Shown: one piece after another, positions 1-9,391 of the stretch
Layout: the number at the start of each line of letters is the position of its first letter
How positions within the stretch are numbered: the stretch's first letter is position 1
Notes under the pieces: generated by a model
The model's database searches: none
The model's input: only the letters and a program-made list of their open reading frames with translations
What the model was told of the DNA's origin: nothing
Made by a program: the position numbers and the translations under genes
Assembly: GCA_041891055.1 (NCBI GenBank)
Contig: CP169074.1
Coordinates: forward strand, 224,001 to 288,000
Reading direction: 5' to 3'
DNA length: 64,000 nt
Source of the DNA: Halorutilales archaeon Cl-col2-1
Lineage (GTDB): Archaea; Halobacteriota; Halobacteria; Halobacteriales; Afararchaeaceae

Positions 1-655
1 GATAGTTTCGGACATCTCGGCGGCTATACGTGAGCTACTAAAGATGGAACTCGGCGAGTTCGACACCCACTGGTACACCGACCTGCGCGACCATCTCCTC
101 TCGGACGTCATGAAACAGCCTGCCGAGAGACACGACTTGACGGTCAGAGGCGTCTTACCCGTACTCAGAGAGGTAATGGACGACGACGATGTTCTGATCT
201 CCGATGTCGGGAGCCATAAGATGGAGATAGCCCAGAACTACCCGACCTACGAGCCCAACACGTGTATAATCTCGAACGGCCTTGCGAGCATGGGTATAGC
301 AGTCCCGGGAGGAATCGCCGCCGACTTGGCTGTTGACTCGAACGTCGTCGCCGCGACGGGGGACGGAGGCTTCCTCATGAACTCGTCGGAGCTAGAGACC
401 GCACAGCGTCTCGGCTGCTCGTACACGGTTCTCCTCTTCAACGACAACGACTACGGTCTGATCTCCGAGAAACAGAACCGCCACAGGGGGGAGGACTTCG
501 GGACACGTATCGGAAATCCTGACTTCGTCGAGTACGCCGAGAGCTTCGGGATAGAAGCCTACCGACCCGAGAGATGGGACGACGTCGAGCCGATGCTTCA
601 GGAAGCCGTCGAGTCGGACGAGATGTCTCTCGTCGAGATAAGACTCGAAGACTAA
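1..655 (+). CDS. ilvB: Acetolactate synthase large subunit / TPP-binding protein, C-terminal part (5' end outside window)
   Basis: TPP-binding motif GDGGFLMN..ELETA..NDNDYG and SNGLASMG; frame open to the window start. Confidence 0.8.
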   Translation, partial: IVSDISAAIRELLKMELGEFDTHWYTDLRDHLLSDVMKQPAERHDLTVRGVLPVLREVMDDDDVLISDVGSHKMEIAQNYPTYEPNTCIISNGLASMGIAVPGGIAADLAVDSNVVAATGDGGFLMNSSELETAQRLGCSYTVLLFNDNDYGLISEKQNRHRGEDFGTRIGNPDFVEYAESFGIEAYRPERWDDVEPMLQEAVESDEMSLVEIRLED

Positions 656-657
656 AG

Positions 658-2322
658 ATGGAGTTCGGAGAGCTCGCTGAGAGAGCCGAGAAGGTCGAGG
701 AGCTGTCGGGTGACTACGACAAGACAGACGAGGTCGCGCGTCTCTTCGGCGAATCTGAGACCGACGAAGACCTCGAAATATCGGCGCGTTTCATACAGGG
801 TCGTCTGTTTCCGTCTTGGGACGACACCAAGCTCGACGTCGGCAGGTCGCTCCTCTACGACGGTCTGAGCCTCGCCACAGGCGTCACCGCCGACGAGGTC
901 GAGGAGAAGGTTAAGGATATGGGAGACGTGGGTCTCGCAGCCGAGAGCTTTGACTACGGCGGACAGATGACACTCGGCTCCACGGATCTGACGCTTGAGT
1001 ACGTCCACCGACGTCTCAGAGACCTCGCCGAAGCCTCGGGTGGAGGGAGCCAGAAGAAGAAGGTACGTACACTCTCCGACCTCTTCAACGACGCGAAACC
1101 GAAGGAGGCGAAGTACATAGCCCGCCTCGTGGCGGGAGAGATGAGAGTCGGCGTCTCAGAAGGTACCGTGAGGGACGCCGTAGCCGAGGCTTTCGGCGTG
1201 GACGTCGACGAGGTCGAGAGAGGGCTGATGGTCACTAATGACGCCGGTGAGGTCGCAGTACGCGCGAGGGACGGCGACCTCTCAAACCTGAGTATGGAGG
1301 TCGGTAGACCCGTCAAGCCGATGCTCGCACAGGCGGGGAGCGTCGAAGAGATAGTTGACGAAGCGGGAGAAGTCGCAGTCGAGACGAAGTACGACGGCGC
1401 AAGACTCCAGATACACAGGGAGATGAACTGCGGCGGTGACGGGGATGGGGACGGTTCCGAGTACAGACTCTTCTCACGTAAACTGGAGGACGTTACCGAG
1501 TCACTCCCCGACGTCGTGGGGATACTCGAAGACGACATCGACGTCGACGAGAGTCTAATACTCGACTCGGAAGTCGTCGCAGTCGAGGAAGGCGAGCCGC
1601 TCGCATTTCAGGAAGTTCTGAGGAGATTCAGGAGGAAGTACGACGTAGAGAGGATGACCGACGAGGTCGAGCTACAGGTCAACGTCTTCGACGTTCTTTA
1701 CAGATCAACTGAAGGCGAGCTAATAGATCTTCCTCTGAGGAAGAGATACGACCATCTCTCCGAAGTCGTCCCGGATGTCTCCGCCGACCACAGTCTGTCA
1801 AAAGACATCGCCGAGGTCAGACGTGTCGAGAAGAAAGCACTCGACGAAGGACACGAGGGGGTCATGGTGAAGAAGCCCGGCAGTACCTACTCGCCTGGGA
1901 AGAGAGGCAAGGACTGGATAAAGGTGAAGCCTGAGCCCGAGACACTCGATCTCGTAGTAGTCGGGGGCGAGTGGGGTGAGGGGAGACGCGCCGATATGAT
2001 AGGCAGTTACCTCCTCGCAGCGACCGATGGAGACGGATCGGATCTCAAAACCGTTGGAAAGGTCGCTACGGGACTCACCGACGAAGACCTAGAACGTCTC
2101 ACACAGAGGTTCGAGTCCCTCATAACCCACGAGGACGGAAAGGAGATAGAGTTCAGACCCGAGGTCGTCTTCGAGGTCGGATACGAGGAGATACAGACGT
2201 CTCCGAAGTACACGAGCGGCTACGCTCTGAGGTTCCCGAGGTTCTTGGGTGTCAGAGAGGACAAATCCGTCGACGACGCCGACACGGTTGAGAGGATCGA
2301 ACGTCTCGTCTCTAGCCGTTAG
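658..2322 (+). CDS. lig: ATP-dependent DNA ligase
   Basis: KYDG adenylation motif, EGVMVK, WIKVK, ALRFPRF; start set at ATG 658 just after the upstream stop. Confidence 0.95.
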   Translation: MEFGELAERAEKVEELSGDYDKTDEVARLFGESETDEDLEISARFIQGRLFPSWDDTKLDVGRSLLYDGLSLATGVTADEVEEKVKDMGDVGLAAESFDYGGQMTLGSTDLTLEYVHRRLRDLAEASGGGSQKKKVRTLSDLFNDAKPKEAKYIARLVAGEMRVGVSEGTVRDAVAEAFGVDVDEVERGLMVTNDAGEVAVRARDGDLSNLSMEVGRPVKPMLAQAGSVEEIVDEAGEVAVETKYDGARLQIHREMNCGGDGDGDGSEYRLFSRKLEDVTESLPDVVGILEDDIDVDESLILDSEVVAVEEGEPLAFQEVLRRFRRKYDVERMTDEVELQVNVFDVLYRSTEGELIDLPLRKRYDHLSEVVPDVSADHSLSKDIAEVRRVEKKALDEGHEGVMVKKPGSTYSPGKRGKDWIKVKPEPETLDLVVVGGEWGEGRRADMIGSYLLAATDGDGSDLKTVGKVATGLTDEDLERLTQRFESLITHEDGKEIEFRPEVVFEVGYEEIQTSPKYTSGYALRFPRFLGVREDKSVDDADTVERIERLVSSR

Positions 2323-2644
2323 TGTTAGTAATGTCAGACTTGTCCGTCTCCGATCCGAGTTCGTCGGTGTTAGCATTGGCGTTCGCATCGACGTACGCCG
2401 CTACGAAGACTGAGACGACTGCGGCGAATCCAAGGTACAGCGTCAGGGTTCCTCCCACAGAACCCCATATTAGGAAGAAGACTGCGGCGGGGAGTGACTT
2501 CAGGAATGACGAAAGTACGAGACACGAGTTCCCTCTGACACAGTTCAGACCCGCGGTTCCGACTCCCGCGACTATCGGAAGGAGAGTCCCCGTGAGTCCT
2601 ACGGCTAAGGATACCATTCTGTTCTGTCTACGGGGAGGAGACAT
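2312..2644 (-). CDS. Hypothetical small membrane protein
   Basis: 110-aa ORF with 2-3 hydrophobic segments filling the gap between lig and the presenilin gene. Confidence 0.5.
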   Translation of the reverse strand: MSPPRRQNRMVSLAVGLTGTLLPIVAGVGTAGLNCVRGNSCLVLSSFLKSLPAAVFFLIWGSVGGTLTLYLGFAAVVSVFVAAYVDANANANTDELGSETDKSDITNTNG

Positions 2645-2682
2645 ATAAGTTCGGAGATATCAACCCGGCTCAAAACGCTAGT

Positions 2683-3618
2683 TTACGCCAGCGACAGTAT
2701 CTCAGTCACGGGAACCCCGAGAGCCAAGACTCCGACGACGAATCCCGCAATTGTCCCTCCGTTGAGCAAAGGGAGTCCCGCGTGAGGCTTCCCCTTCGAG
2801 ACGAGGTACATCAGCGCGGCAAAGCCGACGAAAGATCCCACGATTCCTCCGAGTGCGGGGTAGTTGAGAGCTATCGGAAGACCGAGGTCGCCGCCGAGGA
2901 AATGGGCACTACTCGCTATCAGAACCGAGGGAATGACGGCGTCTCCGAGACCCATGAAGAAGGCGTCCCTGTCGTCTCGGCTCGTCTCGTCGTCTCCGTC
3001 TCCGCCGGTTCCTGTTGGGTCTCCCTGCTTTGACGCCTCTATGAAAGAGTAGCCGGGCTTAGTTGGAACTATGAAGAGTATCGGAAGACGCATCTCGCTG
3101 ACACCCTCGGCGAGCGCGAGCATGTGTCTCGTCCTGTAGACTGCTATCGCGTCGTAGACTGCAAGGAGGACGAGAAGAACTAGGGACGGGAGTACTCCGA
3201 AGCTGATTCCGAAGAGCCCTCCTCCCGCACCACCCATCAGAACCGCGGCGGAGTCTATGACGTACCACTCGGGGTAGAGATAGAGGAGAACTGCGACCCC
3301 CGCGCCTCCGAGTAGGGCAAACGGAAGGGGGAGTAAGACGCTGAGGGCGTAGTAAGACAGACTTCCCGCGCTGAGTAGGATGACTCCTCTCAGAATCCAG
3401 TCCATGCCGTACTTCATGACAGCCAGCATGACTGCGGTGAAGACGAGTATGAATGCGATGTAGACTACCGAGTTGATGGGATTACTCGGGTTCTGAGTAG
3501 CCTGCATTCCGGCTGCGTCGAAACGTGGCACGAGGGCGAGAGACAGTACTTCGACGCCGAGCATTAGGGCACCCATCGAGACGTAAGGAAGGACTCCTCG
3601 TAGATGTCGGCGTGGCAT
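2683..3618 (-). CDS. Presenilin-family intramembrane aspartyl protease (PSH)
   Basis: Multi-TM; catalytic YD (AVYDAIAV) and GLGD motifs; HAGLPLLN at the PAL position. Confidence 0.9.
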   Translation of the reverse strand: MPRRHLRGVLPYVSMGALMLGVEVLSLALVPRFDAAGMQATQNPSNPINSVVYIAFILVFTAVMLAVMKYGMDWILRGVILLSAGSLSYYALSVLLPLPFALLGGAGVAVLLYLYPEWYVIDSAAVLMGGAGGGLFGISFGVLPSLVLLVLLAVYDAIAVYRTRHMLALAEGVSEMRLPILFIVPTKPGYSFIEASKQGDPTGTGGDGDDETSRDDRDAFFMGLGDAVIPSVLIASSAHFLGGDLGLPIALNYPALGGIVGSFVGFAALMYLVSKGKPHAGLPLLNGGTIAGFVVGVLALGVPVTEILSLA

Positions 3619-3707
3619 TAGAGGAAGATACCGTCTCGGACATATGGTTCTTCTCCTTTCCCCTTTCTCACCGCAACTCTTTTGCTCGGAATCCACGTCT
3701 CGCCCGT

Positions 3708-4694
3708 ATGGGTGCTGACATAGGCAGTCTCGTCTCTAAACGTGAGATACAGGTCGAGGAAGCGAGCGGAAAGGTCGGAATGGACGCCTTCAACACCTTA
3801 TACAGCTTCCTCGCCAACATAAGACAGCGCGACGGAACCCCCCTGAAGGACTCGAAGGGACGCGTGACCTCACATCTCAGCGGTCTTCTCTACAGGAACG
3901 CCAACCTATTCGAGGCGGGTATAAAGCCGTGTTACGTCTTCGACGGTGCACCGCCTCAGTTAAAGTCAGAGACCGTAGAGAAGAGGCAAGAGAGACGCGA
4001 GGAGGCAGAGGAGGCATACGAGGAGGCGAAGCAAGAGGGGGACACAGAGGAGATGTTCCGGAGGGCACAGCAGGCGACGAGTATACGTGAGGAAGAAGTC
4101 GAGACTAGCATAAAGCTCCTCGATGCCCTCAATATTCCCTGGGTAGAGGCTCCGAGCGAGGGCGAGGCACAGGCGGCGGCGATGGTCGTAGACGGCGACC
4201 TCGACTACGTCGGATCTCAGGACTACGACGCTGTGCTCTTCGGTGCTCCCGAACTCGTGAGGAACCTCGCTGTGAGGGGAAAGGGAGACAGAGACCTGAC
4301 TCCTGAGTTAGTGAGTCTCGAAGACACACTCGACTCGCTCGGGATGACACGTTCCGAGCTCATAGAGGTCGCCATACTCGTCGGAACCGACTACAACGAC
4401 GGCGTACACGGAGTCGGACCTAAGACAGCCGTCGATCTGATACGTGACGAGGGAATGAGCATCGACGAGGCTCTCGACGAGTACGACGCCGAGATAGACT
4501 GGAAGCCGATAAAAGATCTCTACCTCGACCCCGAGGTCGAACGCGGCTACGACCTCGACTGGGGCGCTCCCGACGAGGAAGAGGTCGTCGACCTCCTGTG
4601 TGGCGAACACGACTTCTCGGAGGACAGGGTGAGATCCGCAGTCGGCAGAATCTCCTCGTCGGTCGAACAGAGCTCTCTCGACAGATGGACGTAA
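3708..4694 (+). CDS. fen: Flap endonuclease 1
   Basis: MGADIG start, IRQRDGTPL, EAPSEGEAQAA, SQDYD, GTDYN..GVGPKTA, C-terminal PIP box QSSLDRW. Confidence 0.95.
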   Translation: MGADIGSLVSKREIQVEEASGKVGMDAFNTLYSFLANIRQRDGTPLKDSKGRVTSHLSGLLYRNANLFEAGIKPCYVFDGAPPQLKSETVEKRQERREEAEEAYEEAKQEGDTEEMFRRAQQATSIREEEVETSIKLLDALNIPWVEAPSEGEAQAAAMVVDGDLDYVGSQDYDAVLFGAPELVRNLAVRGKGDRDLTPELVSLEDTLDSLGMTRSELIEVAILVGTDYNDGVHGVGPKTAVDLIRDEGMSIDEALDEYDAEIDWKPIKDLYLDPEVERGYDLDWGAPDEEEVVDLLCGEHDFSEDRVRSAVGRISSSVEQSSLDRWT

Positions 4695-4736
4695 CGATGG
4701 AGTTAACTTCGAGCCCTATCTATCTTTTAAATAACT

Positions 4737-6533
4737 ATGTCGGGTCAGGATCAGACGGAAGCCGAGGGACGTACGGATCTCAGGACTCCTATAGTGAGTG
4801 TCCTGGGTCACGTCGACCACGGCAAGACTACTCTTCTCGATAAGGTACGAGGGACTGCTGTCGCTGAGGGTGAGGCGGGTGCTATAACCCAGCACATAGG
4901 GGCTACTGCGGTTCCGATAGACGTCATAGAGGGAATCTGTTCGTCGCTCATCTCGGAGGAGTTCGAGGTTCCGGGTCTCCTCTTCATAGACACGCCCGGG
5001 CACCACGCATTCACGACACTGCGTTCGAGGGGTGGTGCTCTCTCGGACATCGCTATCGTAGTCGTCGACATAAACGACGGCTTCCAGCCTCAGACACTCG
5101 AAGCACTACGGATTCTTTCACAGTACGAGACCCCGTTCGTCCTCGCAGCCAACAAGATAGACATGCTCCCGGGATGGGAGTCGGAGGAGGACGTGCCGTT
5201 CCAGAAGACCTACCAGAACCAGTCGGAGAAGGTACAGCAGAGACTCGACAACGCTCTCTACGAGATCATAGGCGACCTCCACGAGGAGGGATTCCACGCC
5301 GACAGATACGACAGGATAGACAACTTCAGGAGCAACATAGGAATCGTACCCATAAGCGCGCTCACGGGAGAGGGTATCGGCGACCTCTTTATGGTTCTCG
5401 TCGGACTAGCACAGACCTACCTCAAGGAGAACCTCGAACTCCACGCCGAGGGTCCCGGAGTCGGAACTGTCGTCGAGATAAAGGAGGAGAGAGGCTTCGG
5501 GACGACCGTCGACATAATACTCTATGACGGCGTCGTGAACGTCGGAGACGAGATAGTCGTCGGCGGCAAACGTGACCCGATCACGACGGAGATACGTGCT
5601 CTACTACGTCCGAAGCCACTCGCCGAGATGAGGGAGGACGCGGGGTTCGAACAGGTCGATCAGGTAACAGCCGCAGACGGAATAAAGGTCGCAGCACCCG
5701 ACCTCGACGACGCGATGGCAGGAGCCCCCATACGTGTCGTGGGAGACGACGAGACCGCCGAGGAGGTCGCCGAGGAGGTGCGTGAGGAGATGGAGTCCGC
5801 CGAGATCGAGACGGGTAAGGAAGGCGTGACTATCAAAGCCGACACGCTCGGCTCTGTCGAGGCTCTCGGAAAGGCACTCTCGGAGGAGGAGATCAAGATA
5901 CACAAGGCAGACGAGGGCTCTGTCACTAAGAGAGACGTCATAGACGCTGAGACCGCAGACGAGAGGAAGCACAGAGCTATACTCGCGTTCAACACCGAAG
6001 TTCTCGACGACGCGCGCGAGTACGCCCAGAACTCGCTCGTCAAGATATTCGAGGGTAAGGTCATCTACCGTCTCATGGAGGAGTACGAGGACTGGGTCGA
6101 GGGAATCGAGTCTGAACGTACCGAGAAGATGCTCGAATCCGTCGTACGTCCCTCGAAGTTCCGTATACTCCCAGACCACGTCTTCAGACAGTCAGACCCC
6201 GCCGTCGTGGGTGTTGAGATACTCGGTGGGCATCTCGAGAAAAATATCCCGGTGGCGAAAGACGGCGACAGGGTCGGAAACGTCAAGGGGATACAGAGAC
6301 AGGGTGACGACGTCGACTCCGCCGACGAGGGCGAGAGGGTCTCGGTGGCTATCGACGGTCCAACCGTTGGAAGACAGATAGACGAGGAGGACGTCCTCTA
6401 CGCCGAGATTCCCGAGAAACACGCGAAGGCACTCGAACAGGAGATGTACGACGCCCTCGAAGACTCCGAACAGGCGATACTCGATGAGTACCTCGAAGAG
6501 AAGAGACAGATCGATCCTTTCTGGGGGAAGTAG
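4737..6533 (+). CDS. infB: Translation initiation factor IF-2 (aIF5B)
   Basis: [27 protein letters not shown]; C-terminal DPFWGK. Confidence 0.97.
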   Translation: MSGQDQTEAEGRTDLRTPIVSVLGHVDHGKTTLLDKVRGTAVAEGEAGAITQHIGATAVPIDVIEGICSSLISEEFEVPGLLFIDTPGHHAFTTLRSRGGALSDIAIVVVDINDGFQPQTLEALRILSQYETPFVLAANKIDMLPGWESEEDVPFQKTYQNQSEKVQQRLDNALYEIIGDLHEEGFHADRYDRIDNFRSNIGIVPISALTGEGIGDLFMVLVGLAQTYLKENLELHAEGPGVGTVVEIKEERGFGTTVDIILYDGVVNVGDEIVVGGKRDPITTEIRALLRPKPLAEMREDAGFEQVDQVTAADGIKVAAPDLDDAMAGAPIRVVGDDETAEEVAEEVREEMESAEIETGKEGVTIKADTLGSVEALGKALSEEEIKIHKADEGSVTKRDVIDAETADERKHRAILAFNTEVLDDAREYAQNSLVKIFEGKVIYRLMEEYEDWVEGIESERTEKMLESVVRPSKFRILPDHVFRQSDPAVVGVEILGGHLEKNIPVAKDGDRVGNVKGIQRQGDDVDSADEGERVSVAIDGPTVGRQIDEEDVLYAEIPEKHAKALEQEMYDALEDSEQAILDEYLEEKRQIDPFWGK

Positions 6534-6536
6534 GCT
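6519..6536 (+). repeat. 18-bp direct repeat, copy 1 (TTCTGGGGGAAGTAGGCT, infB 3' end; attL-like)
   Basis: Identical to 7887-7904. Confidence 0.85.
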
Positions 6537-6810
6537 CTTTGTGTAGCCAATTGTGTAGACAATTTGCGGGCCTATCGGAGCGAACGCGCCAGACTACTCT
6601 ATTAATTTGATATGTGTTCTACGCGCCACTTCTCTCCCCACGCACATAATCACCCGAAGGCGGTACGACTCCTCCGTCGTAATTACTGAGCGGATAGGTC
6701 CCCTACTCTCCACGGTAGGGGGTCGGTGTTCGAGGGCGGTGTGTCGGAACAATCCGCGCATATATGAGCGGCCCCGCCACCCGTGTCTGAGCCTCAAAAT
6801 TAGTTATTTG

Positions 6811-7086
6811 TCAGATATTGAATACTGGGGAAGGGGTCTTCTCCCACGCTTCTTTCTCCCCCCAAACCTTGAATCGGCTATTCTCCTCTACTTGATCTGA
6901 ATCCAGAGAATCAACAAGATTCCCACCCAAAGCGACAAATTCGTAGTTACTTCGGTCAGGTTGGTATAGCATATATGTTCCCGTACTCTTTTCCTTCGCT
7001 ACGGTCAGGAAGGTTTCGCCGTCATCAACAGAAACGTCGGGGTCATTTGCGAACTCGGGCACCAGATTGACTTTAACTTGCGTCAT
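6811..7086 (-). CDS. Hypothetical protein in the island
   Basis: Acidic 91-aa ORF (MTQVKV...) preceded by an AT-rich TTTAAA promoter-like sequence. Confidence 0.55.
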   Translation of the reverse strand: MTQVKVNLVPEFANDPDVSVDDGETFLTVAKEKSTGTYMLYQPDRSNYEFVALGGNLVDSLDSDQVEENSRFKVWGEKEAWEKTPSPVFNI

Positions 7087-7308
7087 ATCTGTTATAATCA
7101 AATGTAGCAATTTAAATGTGGTGCGCCGACCGCCACCGCCCCGCGTGTCGGGAGCGGTCGGGCGTGCGCCTCCCTCGCCAACGCGGCCCGCCTAAGCGTC
7201 TGAATCGTCCCACAAGCGTCTTACATCACCGATAAATCATTGCTGTTGAATCTGTATAAACAGAATTTTCGGTGCCCATATAGATATGAGTGAACGCTTC
7301 AAGCAGAA

Positions 7309-7737
7309 TCAATCACCAGCATATACAAGTACTTCATTTTTTAGGCTCTCGGGAGACCGTGGGTACTCATTCGCCGCAGAATACAACTCTGAAATCGCTT
7401 TATCCTGTATATTTTCTGCCTCGGAAACATTCTCCTCAAATTTAGCATCATTATCCAAATAGGATTTACACTCTTCCTCAAACAGAGAGGCTGCTGACTT
7501 CAGATGCTTTGTCGCTGCTAATCCTCTGTTAACTGGTTTCACGAATACATCCTCGTTTTTGACCTCGCACTGGCTGATAAACTGATTACATTCGTTCCAC
7601 GGGGCATCAAAGTGTTCAGTTCCATTGATTCGATTGTCTAAGTATTCTTGTATTTCCCGTAATCTCTCAATAGCATCGTAAAACCTAAGCCGTCTTTTTG
7701 AGTTTTTAGTTAGATCACCAGCTAATATACGCTGGTT
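7309..7737 (-). pseudogene. Fragment of a hypothetical protein (5' end disrupted)
   Basis: Frame open for ~142 codons (NQRILAGD...EVLVYAGD) with no ATG at its 5' end. Confidence 0.45.
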
Positions 7738-7886
7738 TCAGAATGGTTTAGCTCAGGAGTTTGTACATATTCATCCCCAAAATATCGACTCCTCCTAGTG
7801 ATTCACCAGAGCCCCTTAGTTATATATCACCATTAGGATCGGAGATATAAATCTCTTACGTAGAAGTTACGTAATAAACTCCCTAC

Positions 7887-7904
7887 TTCTGGGGGAAGTA
7901 GGCT
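7887..7904 (+). repeat. 18-bp direct repeat, copy 2 (attR-like), overlapping palindrome CCTACTTC-TGGGG-GAAGTAGG
   Basis: Identical to 6519-6536. Confidence 0.85.
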
Positions 7905-7965
7905 TTTCGTTTTCGACGGTCACACCAGACGCCTTTTATCCGTGTAGTGCTACTCTCGAACAAGA

Positions 7966-8622
7966 ATGTGCGACGACAGCGACCATGACCACAGCCGTGT
8001 CCACGGTCACAGGAGGACTTCCGACCTCGCCTCGCCAAATCAGAGTCGACGCCGTTTTCTCCTGAGCGTAGGAGCCACGGCGACCGCGGCGACGGCGGGC
8101 TGTCTCGGCTTAGGCGGTACCGCAGAAGCTCCCGATCCGATATCACTCGAAAGCAGAGACCATATCTGCGAGCTCTGTGGCATGGTGATACCGATGCATC
8201 CCGGTCCTGTTGCCCAGATATTCTACAAGGATCACAAGCCCGACGGCCCACCGCCGAAGGACAACCCCGCTCGTTTCTGTTCGAACTGGGAGGCGTTCAA
8301 GTACGAGTTCAACCACGAGAACAGGGGATGGAACTCGACGGCTTTCTACACGACGGATTACTCGTCGGTCGACTACGAACTCTACGACGAGGGCGACGAC
8401 ACGTATATTACCGCACATTTCGAGCCCGAGACCTTCGCCGACGCGACCGAGCTAACCTACCTCGTCGGCTCCGACATCAAGGGAGCGATGGCGCGCGACC
8501 TCATAGGCTTCTCCGAAAAATCTGAGGTGGAGGAGCTTCAGACCGAGTACGGCGGCGACATAATGGAGTACGGCGACGTCAGTATAGAGACAGTCGGTGT
8601 TCTGGAGAACTCGTATCGGTGA
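7966..8622 (+). CDS. nosL: NosL-family copper-binding Tat lipoprotein
   Basis: RRRFL Tat motif, TAGC lipobox, CELCGM, HPGP, FCS, GAM motifs. Confidence 0.85.
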   Translation: MCDDSDHDHSRVHGHRRTSDLASPNQSRRRFLLSVGATATAATAGCLGLGGTAEAPDPISLESRDHICELCGMVIPMHPGPVAQIFYKDHKPDGPPPKDNPARFCSNWEAFKYEFNHENRGWNSTAFYTTDYSSVDYELYDEGDDTYITAHFEPETFADATELTYLVGSDIKGAMARDLIGFSEKSEVEELQTEYGGDIMEYGDVSIETVGVLENSYR

Positions 8623-8643
8623 TTTGTCAAAATAGGAACCGTG

Positions 8644-8703
8644 GGTTCGCTCACTTGGTTCGCTCACGCGCCGAGTATGGTCGAGCAAAGCTCGACTGAC
8701 TCG
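8644..8703. repeat. tRNA-downstream repeat: GGTTCGCTCAC x2 plus hairpin GTCGAGC-AAA-GCTCGAC
   Basis: Direct repeats 8644-8654 and 8657-8667; perfect hairpin 8680-8696. Confidence 0.6.
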
Positions 8704-8729
8704 CCGCTCCTTTCCTTTACACTCCAATA

Positions 8730-8805
8730 CGCGCCGAGCAGGATTTGAACCCGCGAACCTGCTGGTCCGAAGCCAGCCGCTCTGTCCAAACTGAGCTATC
8801 GGCGC
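8730..8805 (-). tRNA. tRNA-Arg(TCG)
   Basis: Cloverleaf GCGCCGA...TCGGCGC, anticodon arm GCTGG-CTTCGGA-CCAGC, T arm GGTTCAAATCC. Confidence 0.95.
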
Positions 8806-8846
8806 ATCACAACTCTATACGTAAAATCCCCCGATAAGGGTTCTGG

Positions 8847-9290
8847 TTACGACCTAACCAGAACAGCGACGCCGCTGTCGAAGTCACGCATCTCGACCGC
8901 CGAGAGCTCGGCGCGTCCCGTGGTCACGAGTTCGTCGTCGGGTCCTGTGACCAGGACTTCATCGCGCGCCCTTATCTCGTCGTCGACGTCGGTCACGAAC
9001 TTCGCGAATCCGTTTCTGCCGTCTTCGAGGTACGGAATGCTCTCGTCTCCGAATCTGACACGTAGCTTCGGCGGTTCGAAAGCCTCGTGGAGTCTCTGGG
9101 CACCCTCGAAGCTGAGTGTGAACTTTCCGTCGTTCTTGAGAGTCGCTATCCTCTCGCCGTCTTCCTTGACCTGGCGTATACGTCCGCTCTTCGACGTCGT
9201 GAACTCGGAGTCCTCGGAGAAGAGGACGTCTCCCGCTTTCCTGCCGAACTGGTAGTCGGCTATCGTCTTCGCTGTCTCGAGGTTAGCCAT
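8847..9290 (-). CDS. PUA-domain protein (resembles the archaeal Tgt C-terminal region)
   Basis: IADYQFG..G, SGRIRQV, FAKFV..D..IR..DEVLV motifs. Confidence 0.85.
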   Translation of the reverse strand: MANLETAKTIADYQFGRKAGDVLFSEDSEFTTSKSGRIRQVKEDGERIATLKNDGKFTLSFEGAQRLHEAFEPPKLRVRFGDESIPYLEDGRNGFAKFVTDVDDEIRARDEVLVTGPDDELVTTGRAELSAVEMRDFDSGVAVLVRS

Positions 9291-9391
9291 AGGTACAAGA
9301 GGTCGACGGTGTGTAATCGCTTTTTGGTTTGTCGATGGAAAGGAAAAGGAACAGGAACAGGTTTTTCGTCGTCAAGACGGTTGGATTGGAC

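Larger units (their letters stand above)
6519..7904. mobile_element. Degenerate integrated-element remnant at the infB 3' end
   Basis: 18-bp flanking direct repeats, visibly AT-richer interior, one orphan ORF and one broken ORF; no integrase left. Confidence 0.65.

Noticed and set aside
574-657. Upstream extensions of lig, fen, nnr, rpa, DUF2270 and the 34834 ORF in the track
   Set aside because: They overlap neighbouring genes or repeats; downstream starts fit the family N-termini better.
4737-6533. Inteins in infB (also checked lig, cdc48, gltB)
   Set aside because: Lengths are normal and motifs contiguous; no intein-type insertion with HN-C/S/T ends.
6594-6900. Integrase remnant in the island
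   Set aside because: No R...HxxR...Y motif in the ORFs shown; these small ORFs have non-host composition.
9337-9361. GGAAAGGAAAAGGAACAGGAACAGG repeat
   Set aside because: Low-complexity purine tract between divergent genes with no other support.
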